The notes under the pieces: generated by a model
Told to the model about the DNA's origin: nothing
Seen by the model: only the letters and a program-made list of their open reading frames with translations
Databases searched by the model: none
NCBI GenBank assembly: GCA_013239625.1
Contig: MU054187.1
Location: forward strand, 13,548,974 to 13,612,973
DNA length: 64,000 bases
Origin: Lama guanicoe
Lineage: Eukaryota
Reading direction: 5' to 3'
Made by a program: the position numbers and the translations under genes
Part shown: one piece after another, positions 11,121-23,744 of the stretch
How positions within the stretch are numbered: the first letter of the stretch is position 1
How the letters are laid out: the number at the start of each line of letters is the position of its first letter

Positions 11121-12049
11121 AGGTCTCTGCCTTTTAATTACAATGTTTAGTCATTGATATTTAATGTAATTGTTGCTATGGTACTGCCATTTTGATATTT
11201 ATTTTCTACATCTCATATCTTTTTCTGCCATTCTATTTCTCAATCCCTGACTTCTTTTATGTTCAACAATTCTTTTAGCGAACCATTTTTAATTCATTGG
11301 TACATTTTTAATAAGTTATTTTCTTAATGTAGTGGCTATAATGTTCATCTTCGTTCAGTCTATTTCAGGTTAGTACTTATTTAATTCCAGTAAACTATAA
11401 CAGCTTTGCTGCAATACACCCCTACTTTCTCCCCCTCCTTTATACTATTATTGTCATATGTAATACATTTATGCATATATACTATGTCTATGTATGTTAT
11501 ACTCTTCAAAATATAGTGTTACAATACTTACCATATCCAGTACTCATCATTTCTTCTTGTAGATTTGAGTTATTGTCTGGTATCATTTCCTTTCAATCAA
11601 AAGGCCTTCCTTTAGAATTTCTTGTAAGACAATTCTGCTTGAAAAAAATATAAAAAATACTTTTGTTGGATGTAAAACTTTTATTCAACAGTTTTTTAAA
11701 GCCCTTTGAATGTTATTACACTGCCTTCTGACCTCTCTTTCTTATGATGGGAAGTCCTCAAAATATCTTATTGTTGTTCCTCACTTAAGATTTTTGTCGA
11801 TATCAAAGATTAATGATTGTCTATATCTTCCCACTTACAATATAAGCTTAGCATGTTTACATTTCTGTATTCCTAAGTGTGCCTTTCATCTGTATTAATA
11901 TATTCAGTATTTTAGTTTCAGATTTTTAAAAATTAAACTTTATAAAAATATTTAGACAATTATACATTGTATTGTTGCTGTCTGTCACAATCTTTATCAT
12001 TCTTTTTCTTAGATTTATAGGAATTTTTCTGGATTCCATACATAAGTAA

Positions 12050-13400
12050 TTCTTCTAGAGAAGAATTTGTTAAAGAGAAGTTGGTGGTAACACTTCTAGG
12101 TCCTTGCAGGCCCAAAAATGTCCTTATTTTGGTTTCCTATTAGATGATAGTTTAAATAGATACAAAATTCTTTCAAAGTCATTATCCCTTAGAAATATGA
12201 AGACTTTATTATTCCCTTTCATCATCCATTTTTACAGGTAAAGTGTCTTACATCAATGTATATCTTATTCATTTCTTGGTAATTGATTTTATTTTCTCTC
12301 TGGAATCTTTTAGGATTTTTATCTTATTCTGGGTGTTATGAAATTTTACCATTATGCAACCCAAAGGGGATTTCTACTGTTTATCTTGTTCTGTACTCTG
12401 TGGTTACTTCTAGTGATTATCTTTGGCTCAGGGAAATTTTCTCCCATTTTATTTAGTATCATCATTTATTTCTACAAGGTTAGGCAGCTTTTCCTGGCAA
12501 ACAATAGAAAGATGCAGCCAAAACTGGTTTAATCAATAGTGGAATTGATTGGCTCAAGAACCAAAAAGTCCTGTGACAATGTAGCACTAGTGTAAGACAG
12601 GTTAATCTGGGACTTAGTGTTCTCTCTTTCCTTCTATCTCTTTTTTCATCAAGAAAGAGATGAAACTCTACTTTTTTGAAGGCTCACCTACAGCAGCACA
12701 TGGCTGAAATCTTCCAAGTTTACGACCATTGGTATGATCACTGCATTTTCTACCAGCTCTATGAAATTTCATGATGTACCATTAGCTCTAGTTGAACAAT
12801 GAATTCAGTCTTTTAATCAGTCAGCATGGGCAGGAGAACTGTGACCTGATTATCCAGATGTGAGTTACATGCCCTCCACAGGAGGACAGCTTTGCCCAAA
12901 TTGCACGGACTTGGGGGGAGGGAAGGATATTTTCCATCACCCTGAGAGAATTTGAAGTACTTTTGGCTAAAAAAAGAGAAATTGATGTTGAGCGTCTATT
13001 TCCATCTGGATGTATAGATGTTTATATACCTTCTTTCCCTTTGATTTTTCTGGGTACATATGAAAATTTCTTAACCCATTTCCTTGCATCTTAAGCTTGC
13101 CATCATATTTATATATATTTTTACTTTTTTTCTTTAACACCATATTATGAGAAAAGTCTATGCTTGATCTTCCAGTTCACTATTTTGTTCTTCAGTTATG
13201 CCCATCTATCAAGTATTTTAATTTCATTAAGAGATTTTTTATTCCAAAATCTAAGGTTAAGTCTCTGGGAAATATAATACACTCTCATATTTTAATTTTA
13301 TTTCATTCTAAAGTCCTGATGTGCTTGTCCTGTTAACCTCATTTCCCCCTTTATAAGAGTGTTAGTTTCCTTTACATACTGAATAATCCCTGTCTACTCA
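12050..13400 (-). mobile_element. Very old L1/HAL1-like fragments interrupted by an MLT1 LTR (~12478-12990)
   Basis: T-rich reverse-L1-like text (aaaatgtccttattttg...gatagtttaaatagatacaaaattc). The internal segment ggcaaacaatagaaa...aaaactggtttaatcaatagtggaattgattggctca resembles a reverse MLT1J/K LTR. Confidence 0.5.
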
Positions 13401-14247
13401 TTTGTTTGTTTGATATCTCTGTTCACTTGCATCTTCTGTTCCCTCGAGTCAGTCCCTGGTGACTATACAAGAGGGGCCGGATGCTGCTGGGAGGGCTGTG
13501 CAGTGTGCCTCAGTTTCCCTCCTGGGTACAGTGGCTCCGGTCCTCCTGGAGCACTGCCTGCCTCAAGAGTCCAGTCCCTACTCTCTGCTTTAGCCAATGG
13601 GCAAACACCATTGCTGCCTGCTACTTACTACCAATCAGAGAGAAGAGAGGTGCCAACCAGCCTCACTCCGACTGTGTCTCCCCAGTTCATAACCACTGTG
13701 AGGGATGCTTAAAGACCACCTCTGTATCCCTGTGGGCACTGGCTCCCCCATCATTCTTCCCATCACATTATTTTTTGCCCATGTTTACCTTATGTTTTCC
13801 TTTATTTACATCTCTATAGATCTGGTCTGGTCCACCTCCCATCCTTCCAGAATTCTTTAATATTTTTAAACTGTTGGTCTCATTGGATTTTGTTTCCTAC
13901 ATTGGTTTGGATTTAACTCTATTAAAAACTATTTTTGTTATTTCATAGACTTTCAGATGGGAAGGTAGACATGTGCTCAGACAACTGTCTTAATCCAGTT
14001 GCTTTGTCTTATTTCCTATGAAATTAAAAAAAAATCTATCCTGTTTCTGCCAACTTGTATGGAAAGGAAGACTTTTTTCGTATAGCGTATCTTGAAATAA
14101 TTAAGCTACGTTAGAAAAGGGTTGGGTCTGAGAGGAAGGGAGGAGAATAACCTTCATGAGATTCTGCTTCTCGCTAGGCTAAGTTGTTAGTTTAGTGGCA
14201 GCTGAGTCCCTGTTGGAAATTTCTGCTTAAAACAGATAAATAGATAA

Positions 14248-14250
<3 letters not shown>

Positions 14251-14279
<29 letters not shown>
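14251..14279. repeat. (AC)14 microsatellite
   Basis: Read directly from the sequence. Confidence 0.95.
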
Positions 14280-14283
<4 letters not shown>

Positions 14284-16359
14284 TTACTGTGGACACCTAC
14301 AAAATGCTCTTTTCTACCGGGGATTCAGAGAAACTCATTGTGCTTTGGTGCAGAGAAACCTGAAGCAGATTCTTCCCTGTCTGCTTCCCAGATCAGCGGA
14401 TATACACAGATTACCCAGACCAGCCCCGTTCCAGGGCCCTTGGCAACCGTGGTCTAGAGGGATTATTGGAACAGTTAATAAAAATGCAAATCTGATAAGG
14501 TTATTTCAAATGTGAGCTATTAAAAAAGGCTAATTAAGTTGGCCCCCTAGACAAAGAAAACCTTGCTAAGAGTCAGTTGTGTCATGGCAAATAGGATTTC
14601 AAATTTTAGAAAAAGAAAGGCATATAAATTTACTTGGTTTCTATTCAACTTTTTAAAACATTCTATAACTTAATCAGATGGTAGAATTAATCTTTATGTT
14701 ATAAATTTTTATTTCTAACTATTTAACCTGAAGCAGCAGCCAAAATTTAAAATACATTTCCATGATATCTGCCAGGGAATGAGAGAGAATTGCAGGTCTC
14801 TTGTAGTAGTAATATTACTTTATGTGACTTGAAAGTACAATCGAAGCTACCTGCTGATTATAAAAAGCCTCTGTGGTGCAACTTCACCTGCTATTACTCT
14901 TAATTAACTTACACCCAGATCATTTTAGACTCAGTAAGTGTAGAAAAGAAGGCTCTTCTCTTCTTAAGCGCTTCAGTTACTTCCCTTAATAACTTTATTA
15001 TACATGGAGCTATTTGAGCACAAGGATATTTTAAATTAATAAATTAAAACACTTTATTGATTTATCTTAAGTAGCTGAGACAAATAATATCTGTAGTTCA
15101 AAGTCTGTCTTTAGTATACAGAGATATTCTTGCTTTATGGTTTCAGGGGTATATACTCATCCTAGACTGTGAAGAGAAAAACTTTTTAGGTTCCCAAGTC
15201 TTGAGCCTCTCAGTGAATTCTGGACAACCATAGCTCAAACAACTGCTGTGCACGTGTTGAGTAATCCCTGTCTGCTCATTTTGTGTTTGGTGTATCTATT
15301 TACTTGCGTCTTCTGTTCCCCAGAATCAGTCTCTTATGACTGTGCAGAAAGGGCTGGAATTTATATGTAAAAATAAGGTTTTTATTTCATCCAGTTCATG
15401 ATAGGAACTGGGCAAGACTGAAAGTAAATAACACCAAATATAAAATGAGAACTTGTATTCCTTACAGTTGAACCCCAAACTAGCCTTTCAGATTTATATT
15501 TGGTATTACTATTCTTTTAATTCCTCCTATCAGAAACCTTGGCCTATCTCACATCTGAAATATATGCATTGTCCTTTAAAGATACGAAAGTTACAGGATA
15601 TTGAATAAAAACTATACTTACCTTTATTCATGGAAATTGACATCCTGTTTCTGATGTTACACAGGCATAAACATCCAAGTAGAGAGATGTCCCTTTTCTC
15701 ACACAGTCAACAGATTGCACCCACTTTTATAGTCCCATATAATTATACAAGGGGTGGTTCATTCTAGGAGTCAATATTATGCCTTTTTATTAGACTCCCT
15801 TATATAAATGATGAGCTAACACTAAGTTTTTATAATTTGAGCTTTGAAACTTGATTACTGGCTACTGAAAAGGAGTCACCTAATTTAATTATTGCTGATA
15901 AGTTTATCTCACTTACTATGGCCTCTTATAATGTAATGTCACAAATCAAAATAGTTACAAGTGGTAGCCTTAGGGAAATTATCTAACTTCTACAGGAAGC
16001 TAATTATTACCCTTCTATTGAATGAAAGGCGTCACCAAGAGAAGTAAATAAAGGATTGCAGCATTGTCATTTATGTATTAAAATTTGTTACATACCAGTA
16101 AATTGAAGAGAAGTCCAAGAGAAAATTATCCAAAATGAAATATGACAAATGCCTCATATCATAAATGTATATCTGGGTCTACCATAGATATGATTTGAAG
16201 AAAAATAAATTTATAAAGAAAGTAATTAACCAAGATACTTTGTGAAAGCTGTGATGTTTTTTAAGTTAGGCTAGCTTTGGACATCAAATATGACAGCTTG
16301 TTTGGAGATGCCCCATCTTATGTGTCCTCTGTTTTCTGTCCCAGTACATTTTTATTCTC

Positions 16360-17610
16360 TCATTCAGTTACTAATTCAGAAACATTTATTGAGCAATAAT
16401 TATACACTGGTATAGGTGATATATTAGGATCTTCCAAATTGCTGTGAGCTTAACGAGACAGAGAAGTAGACATTGGCACCAGAGTGTACAGAGTGTGTCA
16501 GCACAGGGTAACTGCGGGAATGAGAGTTGGTACCTTGATCACGCAAAGTCCAAAACAGGTATTCCTAAACAGCCAGAAACGTCTCTTAAAATCATGGTTC
16601 AAAGACCAGGGATGCTGCTACATAGTGACTTCGCCATCTTCATCTTGCACCTTCCCATGTTACCTTGTTTATTTGCATGAAGCCACGGAAGAGGAAAAAC
16701 AAGAAGAAACTCTAGGTACATTGTTTTGAGCCAGGCCCATTTGTGGTCACATAACCATAATAACCGCAAGGGAGGCTGAGAGATGTAGTCCCTAAGAGGA
16801 AGAGGAAGCGTGTTTGTTGATGGTCCTTTTGGAGGTGCTGTGGGTGGGAGGTTGGTCAGGGAGGGCTCTCTGAAGGAAGCAAAGCTTTTCTTATTTGATG
16901 AGTAATAGTAAACCGGGAGAAAATTGCGGTGGTGAAGGAAGATGCACATGAGCAAGATCATGGTAGATAGAAGGAAGAGCATGTGCAAATCACGGAAGTG
17001 AGAGGATGGTGAAATTAAGGAATTGCAAGAACATGGGTTCTCACGAGGGGTTAGAAGGAAAGGAGAGCATGAAGGACCATAGATGCTCTTGTAATGAGGT
17101 TGTCCATGTTGTAGGGTCTTAAACTCTATGTTTTTTTTCAGATCTCTCTAGCAACATTGTAGGGGATGAAACAAGCAGGCCAGAGTAGGGTCATGAAAAT
17201 CAATAAGGATGGCACAGTCGTTGTAAAGCCAGAAAGGAGGAATCCCTGAACCACGGAGGGGCAATAAGGAGAGGGCTAGGATTTATCAGAACTCTGTGAC
17301 ACAGACACTACGGAAGTGGGAGGACAATATGAGGGTGAGATGAGTGAAAGTAGAGTCTAGAATGACTTCAAGGTTTCTGATTTTCTGGGAAAGAGAGCAG
17401 GAGGAAAAAAAGTAGGGTGTGTTCGGTGTGTTCAGAAAGGAGGGCGGAAAAAAAGCTTCTATCACTCAGAAGGTGATGAGATGAGAGAGCTTCAAGATGG
17501 TAGAAAAATTTAACTTTGCAGAAACTGCAAAACGATAAAGAAAGTGAGGACTAAAAAGTATCCTTTTAATATGAAAACTAGAGTCTCACTGGTGACCTTG
17601 CTAAGAGCAG
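16360..17610 (-). mobile_element. L2 LINE relic interrupted by an MLT1 LTR (~16420-16815)
   Basis: cattcag...aacatttattgagca is a reverse L2 3' end. taaccgcaagggaggctgagagatgtagtc is MLT1-like. Purine-rich reverse-L2 text continues afterwards. Confidence 0.55.
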
Positions 17611-18334
17611 TATGAGGATTTAAATCTATTGCTAATTAATAGGAAACATTTTTAATAACTTTGAAAATAATAAGACCACATTTTTATGGTAAATAATAGT
17701 ATAGCTTACTCTAGTGTTTCAATAATTCAGCTACAGATAAGAGGCTTTGATGTTTAGCATAATGATACCGAACAAAGTTTAAAATAAATCTGATTATGCT
17801 TTGAACATAAGAAAAAAAAATTATCTCTAGTTTAGAACTACTGGAGCTCCCACCCTAATATGTTTCCATATGGAAGATGTTGACCTCTGCCTAAATTTGT
17901 TGAGAATTTGACGATGATAATGCATATGACTATTATTACTAAAATATCATGCTGACTGTTGCAATTGGCAATAATATTTTTTAAAGTTCAATATCAAAAT
18001 GATAGCAAATCATGTTATAAGCAAGTGATGACTTGCGGAATTTATGACAACAAAATTTCAAGCTGTGCGGAAAAAAAAAGATTTTTTCAAACCCTTGTAT
18101 TAAACGATAATGTTCTTTAGCTATTATTTAGTAATCAAAGGTAAAGATTTTAATAAGAGACATTTCATATGCAATACAGACTCTCCTAAGGGTACAGAAT
18201 AGCTTGTAGAAAATTAGCAAAACTGGAATTGGTAGAATAAAAGATTGTGATTTTGCTAAGGAAATAACCTCTCAAAATTAAAATGCAATACTGCATTATC
18301 TGGAATAAAATCTCAAAGAAATTAAGGTGATGCA

Positions 18335-18517
18335 AAATAAACAACAGTATACTAATGTATAGCACAGGGAACTACATTCAATACCTTGTAATAACCTATA
18401 ATGAAAAAGAATATGTAAAAGAATATATAAATACATATATGCATAACTGAATCAGTATGCTATACACCAGAAACTAACACAACATTGTAAATCAGCTATA
18501 CTCCAATTTAAGAAAAA
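18335..18517 (+). mobile_element. 5'-truncated cetartiodactyl L1 3' end
   Basis: gtatagcacagggaactacattcaataccttgtaataacctataatgaaaaagaatatg...acattgtaaatcagctatact. Confidence 0.85.
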
Positions 18518-18944
18518 GTGATGTAGAAATTCACCCGCTAAATATATTTGGTTATACAATCATTGATCCCCTTAAAAATGGAAATGGTGTACATTTTCCA
18601 CCATATATTCTATGGGGAACTCAAAAGCTTAAGTGGAGAATGATCTGCATTTATTTTAAACTTATGGTGAATTATTACAAAGGAAAAAACAAAAGGAAGT
18701 AACCTGTGTTTCACATTTGGTTGTTTTGATTTTGTTTCTCAGTGGACTCACCAGGGATGGAATAAATATGATAATTTCATATTAGAAAGTAAAGACCAAT
18801 ATAGAGAATACTATAAGAGTTGGTCCATGGCCCCAGTAGGAAATTAGCAAACTCATAGCCGAAATACCATGTCCCCATAGAAGAGTTCATAAGTGCTCTG
18901 CTAAACCAGTCTTTCCAGGCTAGGGGATCAAAAAGTCATGCAAT

Positions 18945-19140
18945 GACGTGGAATTTGAGTAAGACCAAGGTTTGATTCCCAACGTGCCATCTGGCAGTTT
19001 TGTAGCCTTGGGTCAGTCATTTAATTTCTCTGAACTTCTGATCTCTTATGCACTTAATGAAAATGGTAAAACCAGCCCCACTGGGGTTATGTTAGAAACA
19101 AATCAGACAGTGTATGAGAAAATGCTCATTAAACTATGAA
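18945..19140 (+). mobile_element. MIR SINE
   Basis: ggtttgattccc...gtagccttgggtcagtcatttaatttctctgaac...gaaaatgg matches the MIR core. Confidence 0.65.
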
Positions 19141-19489
19141 GTACTGTATAGCACAGTCATCTGAGTTTTACAAGCAGCATTACAAAATGTTGATTTTTGA
19201 TGCTGATGATCATTTCAGTAATAGGAGAAAGCATTAGGAGCAAAGTACAAGACAGAGCATTATGAACCTCTCAGGTGGAGAAACATTAAATCTTGGACTC
19301 TTCTGGACTCTTCTAAGATCAAAGGTGCTTTATTGTGGTTCTTGGGAATAAGATACACCATTGAGGAAATGACTATAGAGTAAGTTTTTTAATTGAGTCA
19401 CTCTAATGAAAGGGAAATAATTCTTGTGCTTCCTTTTTATTCCAGAGTCACCAAGATACTTAGTGTAATTACTGGACAGTGTTCGCTGT

Positions 19490-19680
19490 ATTGATGGCTA
19501 ACATTTATTACTGATCACAATGAGCCAGATTGCATACTTATTATCTCATTTAAGTGCTTTGCATTTATTATCCCATTGAATTCTCATGATGATTTATGAA
19601 AGTAGGTCCTTTATTTTTCCTGTTTTACAAATGAGGAAGCTGAGGCTTAGAGTGATAGAGTGACTTTCCCAAAGTCAACT
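19490..19680 (-). mobile_element. MIR SINE
   Basis: ttttacaaatgaggaagctgaggcttagag...gtgactttcccaaagtca matches the reverse MIR core. Confidence 0.75.
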
Positions 19681-20295
19681 TATATAACTCTTAAGGACTG
19701 TTAGGGATAGAGATTCCCTAACCTCTTTGGTTACCAGCTCTAACATTTAATAATCTCCATGCATCATCAAGTTGCCTCACCTACTCCCGCCATTGCTCTA
19801 CTCATGTCATTGTTTTCTTCATCTGTAAACATTGAGATTTGGTAGTCTGATTCATCCTGACTACGCTCAACAAATACTTCCAGACAGATTGCCTGCCCAA
19901 GAGCAAATCCTTACAGATATAAATTTCCTGTGTTTGTATTGTGGCTAAAGAAAATGAAACAAGCGAAAATTAAGTTCTTGCTCAGTAAAGTATGAAATCG
20001 ATACAAGTTAGGTTTAACATTGAACAAATTGTGTCTCACTCTCATCAGGAGATTCCATGCACAGACCGAAGGAAGATAACCAGTGAATCTCTAGTAAAGA
20101 CCAAATTGAGAGTCAAGGTGAACATCATCACCTGCTTTCCTTAAACATCGCTTCACTTCTGTTGGAAACATCAAGATACATACCCCAGTTTTCTTTTACA
20201 TCTAACAACATTTAAAATAAATTTCAACATACACATTGAAATAAAGTATTGAAATGAATACACAGATAAACATTAATCTTCTATTTTAAATGATA

Positions 20296-21130
20296 CATTC
20301 ATTCAATTAACATTTGCTGAAGACCCTTTAGGCTTAGATGCTGGAGAAACAAGAAAGAAAGATGTGGTTTGTGGCCTGAAGACCACCTTGAGGAAAACGC
20401 AGTTGGATGTGTTAACAGGAGTCAACAGATCATGGAGACGCCCTTTGAGGGAGAAGTAGCATCACAGATAAAGGCTTGGGAGCCTGAAAGTCTGATATAA
20501 GCTCTCCCCCTCGCCCCCCCCCTTTTTTTTTAGTTGAAGCACAGTCAGTTTACAATGTTGTGTCAATTTCTGGTGTACAGCATAATAGTTCAGTCATGAT
20601 ATAAGCTTTTCAGTACCCTTGGAGCATGAAACTGAGAGGTGAGGGGCTGCATAGGTGAGTGGCAGTGAGATTGTTGAGATTGTTAAGGGCTTTCCCTCTC
20701 ATTTTATAGGTTGTGTGAGACATCAAAAAGTTTGAGCAACATTCATTTTGCCTCTTAGAAAAATCAATCTGCTGGTGTGAGGAATGGGTTGGAAGGCACA
20801 AGAACTAAACACAGAGGTACCAGTTGGGCAGGTCCTAAGAGGCCTGTGATGCTAAGAGCCTGATGGGGAGCAGTGAAAATGCAAATGGCGAAGGCTGGTG
20901 AGTGGGAGAGTTTTTTAGGAGGCAGAAACAGTAGGAACTGTAAAGAATTCGATGCGGGTAGGTTACTGTTTCTGGGTGAGGCGTGGTATCATTTATCTGA
21001 GGATCAGGAGAAAGATCTAAACTCGAGGTAGAGCTGAGACCATTGGAGTAAATGAGATCAACCCAAAAGAGTGAGTGGAGCCAAGGCTGCGAGTCAGACT
21101 GCTATCGCAAATGAGCGGGATTGGTGGAGA
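20296..21130 (-). mobile_element. L2 LINE relic
   Basis: cattcattcaattaacatttgctga (reverse L2 3' end) followed by typical reverse-L2 text. Confidence 0.55.
20504..20596 (-). mobile_element. Extremely 5'-truncated L1 3' end with TSD
   Basis: ttgaagcacagtcagtttacaatgttgtgtcaatttctggtgtacagcataat is a reverse camelid L1 3' tip. Flanked by TGATATAAGCT (20493-20503 / 20597-20607). Confidence 0.85.
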
Positions 21131-21202
21131 AAGAAAAAACACTATGCAAATGAGTAAGCTAAATGAGACTGGCAAACTTAGAAGACTACATCCTGTCTAA
21201 AT

Positions 21203-21353
21203 CCCTGCTCCTCACAATGTGGTCCGGGGACCTAAAGGCTTGTTAGAAGTGCAGCAGCATCTCAAGCCCAGCCGCAGGGCTGCTCTTCCCAAATATTCGT
21301 GTAAACAAGATTCCCGGTTGCTACGCAGGCACACTGAAGTTTAGGAAGCACAG
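21203..21353. mobile_element. MER5A-like hAT-Charlie element
   Basis: ctcacaatgtggtccgggga...gcttgttagaagtgcag...aacaagattcccgg...cacactgaagtttaggaagcacag. Confidence 0.6.
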
Positions 21354-21539
21354 ATTTCTAAAAGATGTAATTTTCGTTCTGCTCTAGATAATTGTATTGT
21401 GGGAATCTGGGTCTGGTATTATCAAGTCTTCTCATTTTTCTCGAGGCAAGTTCCCAATTTTAAGAGATAGTTGCTGTGTGGTCAGGATCCCAGAAGGAAG
21501 CACAATTACCCCAGATGATTCAAAAGTACAGCCTTCTAG

Positions 21540-21885
21540 CAAAGGCTAATTAGAACCAATAGAACAGATGAACAGTGTTGAGGCTTCCTGGGGTCAGCAA
21601 CGATGCCATGGGTGGGAAGCTTTACAGCCTGCTGGGGCTGAAGGAAAAGGAGACAGAGGGCTGGAGGAGGGGCTGCTGGCAGGAACAAGGCTATTGCCAG
21701 AGACACGGCACTGAAGGAGGGAGGAAGCAGGAGAGAACCACCATGACTTCTTCTCTTCAGTGTTCTGCTGGTATCTTCTGCCACCCAAGCCATCCATTAG
21801 CAAGTTGCATGGAAGCCTATAAGAGTCACCTCCCAGGGCAACTGAGCAAGGCAAAGACAGGGGGAGAAAGGAGAAATACCATGCA
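21540..21885 (-). mobile_element. Old ERVL-class LTR (LTR33/LTR41-like)
   Basis: ggggtcagcaac...ggggctgaagg...agtcacctcccagggca...gagcaaggcaaaga resembles these old LTRs. Family assignment is uncertain. Confidence 0.4.
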
Positions 21886-23299
21886 AGCCAAACCAAAACT
21901 CTTTGGGTTATATCCAGAATAAAGGGAGAGGCGAGCCAAGAATAATGTCCTGGACCGCACCATGTGGGTGTGACACATTGCCTTTTAAAGTGGTGCCATT
22001 TGGAATTAGGAGAAAGAATGTTGTACAAAGGAATAGCTCACCCTAAGAAGGAGCCCCAGAAACCATCCAAGAATCTTCACTAAGTAGGAGCCGCCATCCT
22101 CTGTTTATCTCTTCCTATCTTCCTGTCGTTTCCCAGTCCTCTCTCACTTTTCCTTCAGCACCCTGCATTTCCAGATCTATGTCTTTTCTTTTGGGTGAGC
22201 TTCCTTTAATGAGGATTCCAGTCACATTCATGAGAATAACCTGATCCACTTCCATCCATTTGTTCAAACAGTAAAATTCTGCTCCCCTTAAAGACCACAT
22301 ACTCACAGACACTGGCCAATCTGGTCAGCCACAGGTACAGAGGCACCAAGGATGCACTGAACACCTCAGACTTTGGTGCACACTGTTTGAACAGCTAAGT
22401 TTCCTCCTTCCCAGATGTTAATCTTCCAGTATGATTAGTATACCAGGTGTTTATATTACCAAATGTTGCCTGATTATCTGTAAAGTTGCCTCATCACTAT
22501 TTCACAGCATTGCTGCCTAGTCACAAGGGTGTCTAGCCATAGGAAAAATTTAAAACATCAGGAAAGCTATCTTAGCAAATGAAATAAATATTTGGGGAGA
22601 AGATAAACTCAGATGTGTTTGTTCCGGAATAGCAACCACAGTAACATCTCTGTCTTCATTTGTTGATTTTTTCCTTCTTTCAGTGGACTTTTATGCTATC
22701 TTTTGGAGTTCTTTGATGCATTTTTTACAGTGTTACTTTATTTTGATTTCCAGAAAATTATTAGCTGATCTGGTGTATAAAGAAATGTCATCAGAAGTAA
22801 ATACGCTTTTAATTATTTTTTATGATGGTGAGGAAATTGCATTAATCTGTTAGCACTCCTTTGAGGTGTTATTATAGGATTGAAAATGTTTGCTCCAATA
22901 TTACCCTTATCTCAACTTACTCATTTATCTAGAGCAGATTTACTAAAGTGACATGACTTAATAAGCCTTCCATAAATGTGTGTGTGTATATATATGTATT
23001 GTTATGTTATGTTATGTTATGTTATTGTTACGTCCATGCACTAAAAGTGTTAAGAAATAAGTTGTTTTTCTTGCTTTTCGTGTTGACTTCTGCTGTCCTA
23101 CACCTGTCTTGTAATATATGTTGAAGAATGAAAGGTTAAAAAACTCCTATGAGGACTTTTGTTCAAATGGCGCATGGCAAACAACCACAATGCAACCCAG
23201 GGTAGATGTCCCTTGCTTACCTGAATTCCATTCCATTAGCTTCTTTGATAATACTGAATTTTCTTTGATGAGTTCCGGGTACTAAACTATAATAGGTCT

Positions 23300-23720
23300 A
23301 CACTAAATGTAGTACTCCCATTCCACTTTGCCAGTGATTGGTTTGGATATGACCAACTAGAACTTCAGACATGAGGAGGTTGGCTGAGGCGGGTAGTGGG
23401 CTTCTGAAAATAATTTTACTCCTTGATTGAAGGAGAGTACCATATGAAAGTCCCTTTTCTTCCTGCCTACCTCCTTCCTTTAGCTTGGGACATTATCATA
23501 TAAGGATTTAATGCCTGGTGCTGTGGCAGTTGTTTTGTGACATGAGGCAAACTGCATGAGAATGGAAGTTGGCATGCTAAGAATGGTGCTGAAGGATGAA
23601 CGGAATCTGTGTCTGTGACGCTATCGTTGAGCTACTGAACCAACCTTGGAATTGTTTTACCCTGTACTTTTTGTTAATATAACAATAAAAGCTATCTTTT
23701 CCTTACAGTTGAAAACAGTA
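23300..23720 (+). mobile_element. MLT1 (MaLR) LTR, old subfamily
   Basis: gccagtgattggttt...atgcctggtgctgtggcagttgttttgtgacatgagg...atcgttgagctactgaaccaacc. Confidence 0.65.
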
Positions 23721-23744
23721 CTTCTCTTAAGGTACTGGAATCCA

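Larger units (their letters stand above)
6890..11790 (-). mobile_element. Large degraded L1 (L1MB-like) with ORF2 remnants
   Basis: Reverse L1MB-type 3' UTR at ~6900-7250. Minus-strand peptides match L1 ORF2: NIILNGEK (RT region, ORF 9146-9343), EKEEQIKPK...NKIKSWFLEKIQKID (9986-10207) and NTINQLDL...YTFFSS...DHM (endonuclease, 10337-10582). Many stops and frameshifts. Confidence 0.9.
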
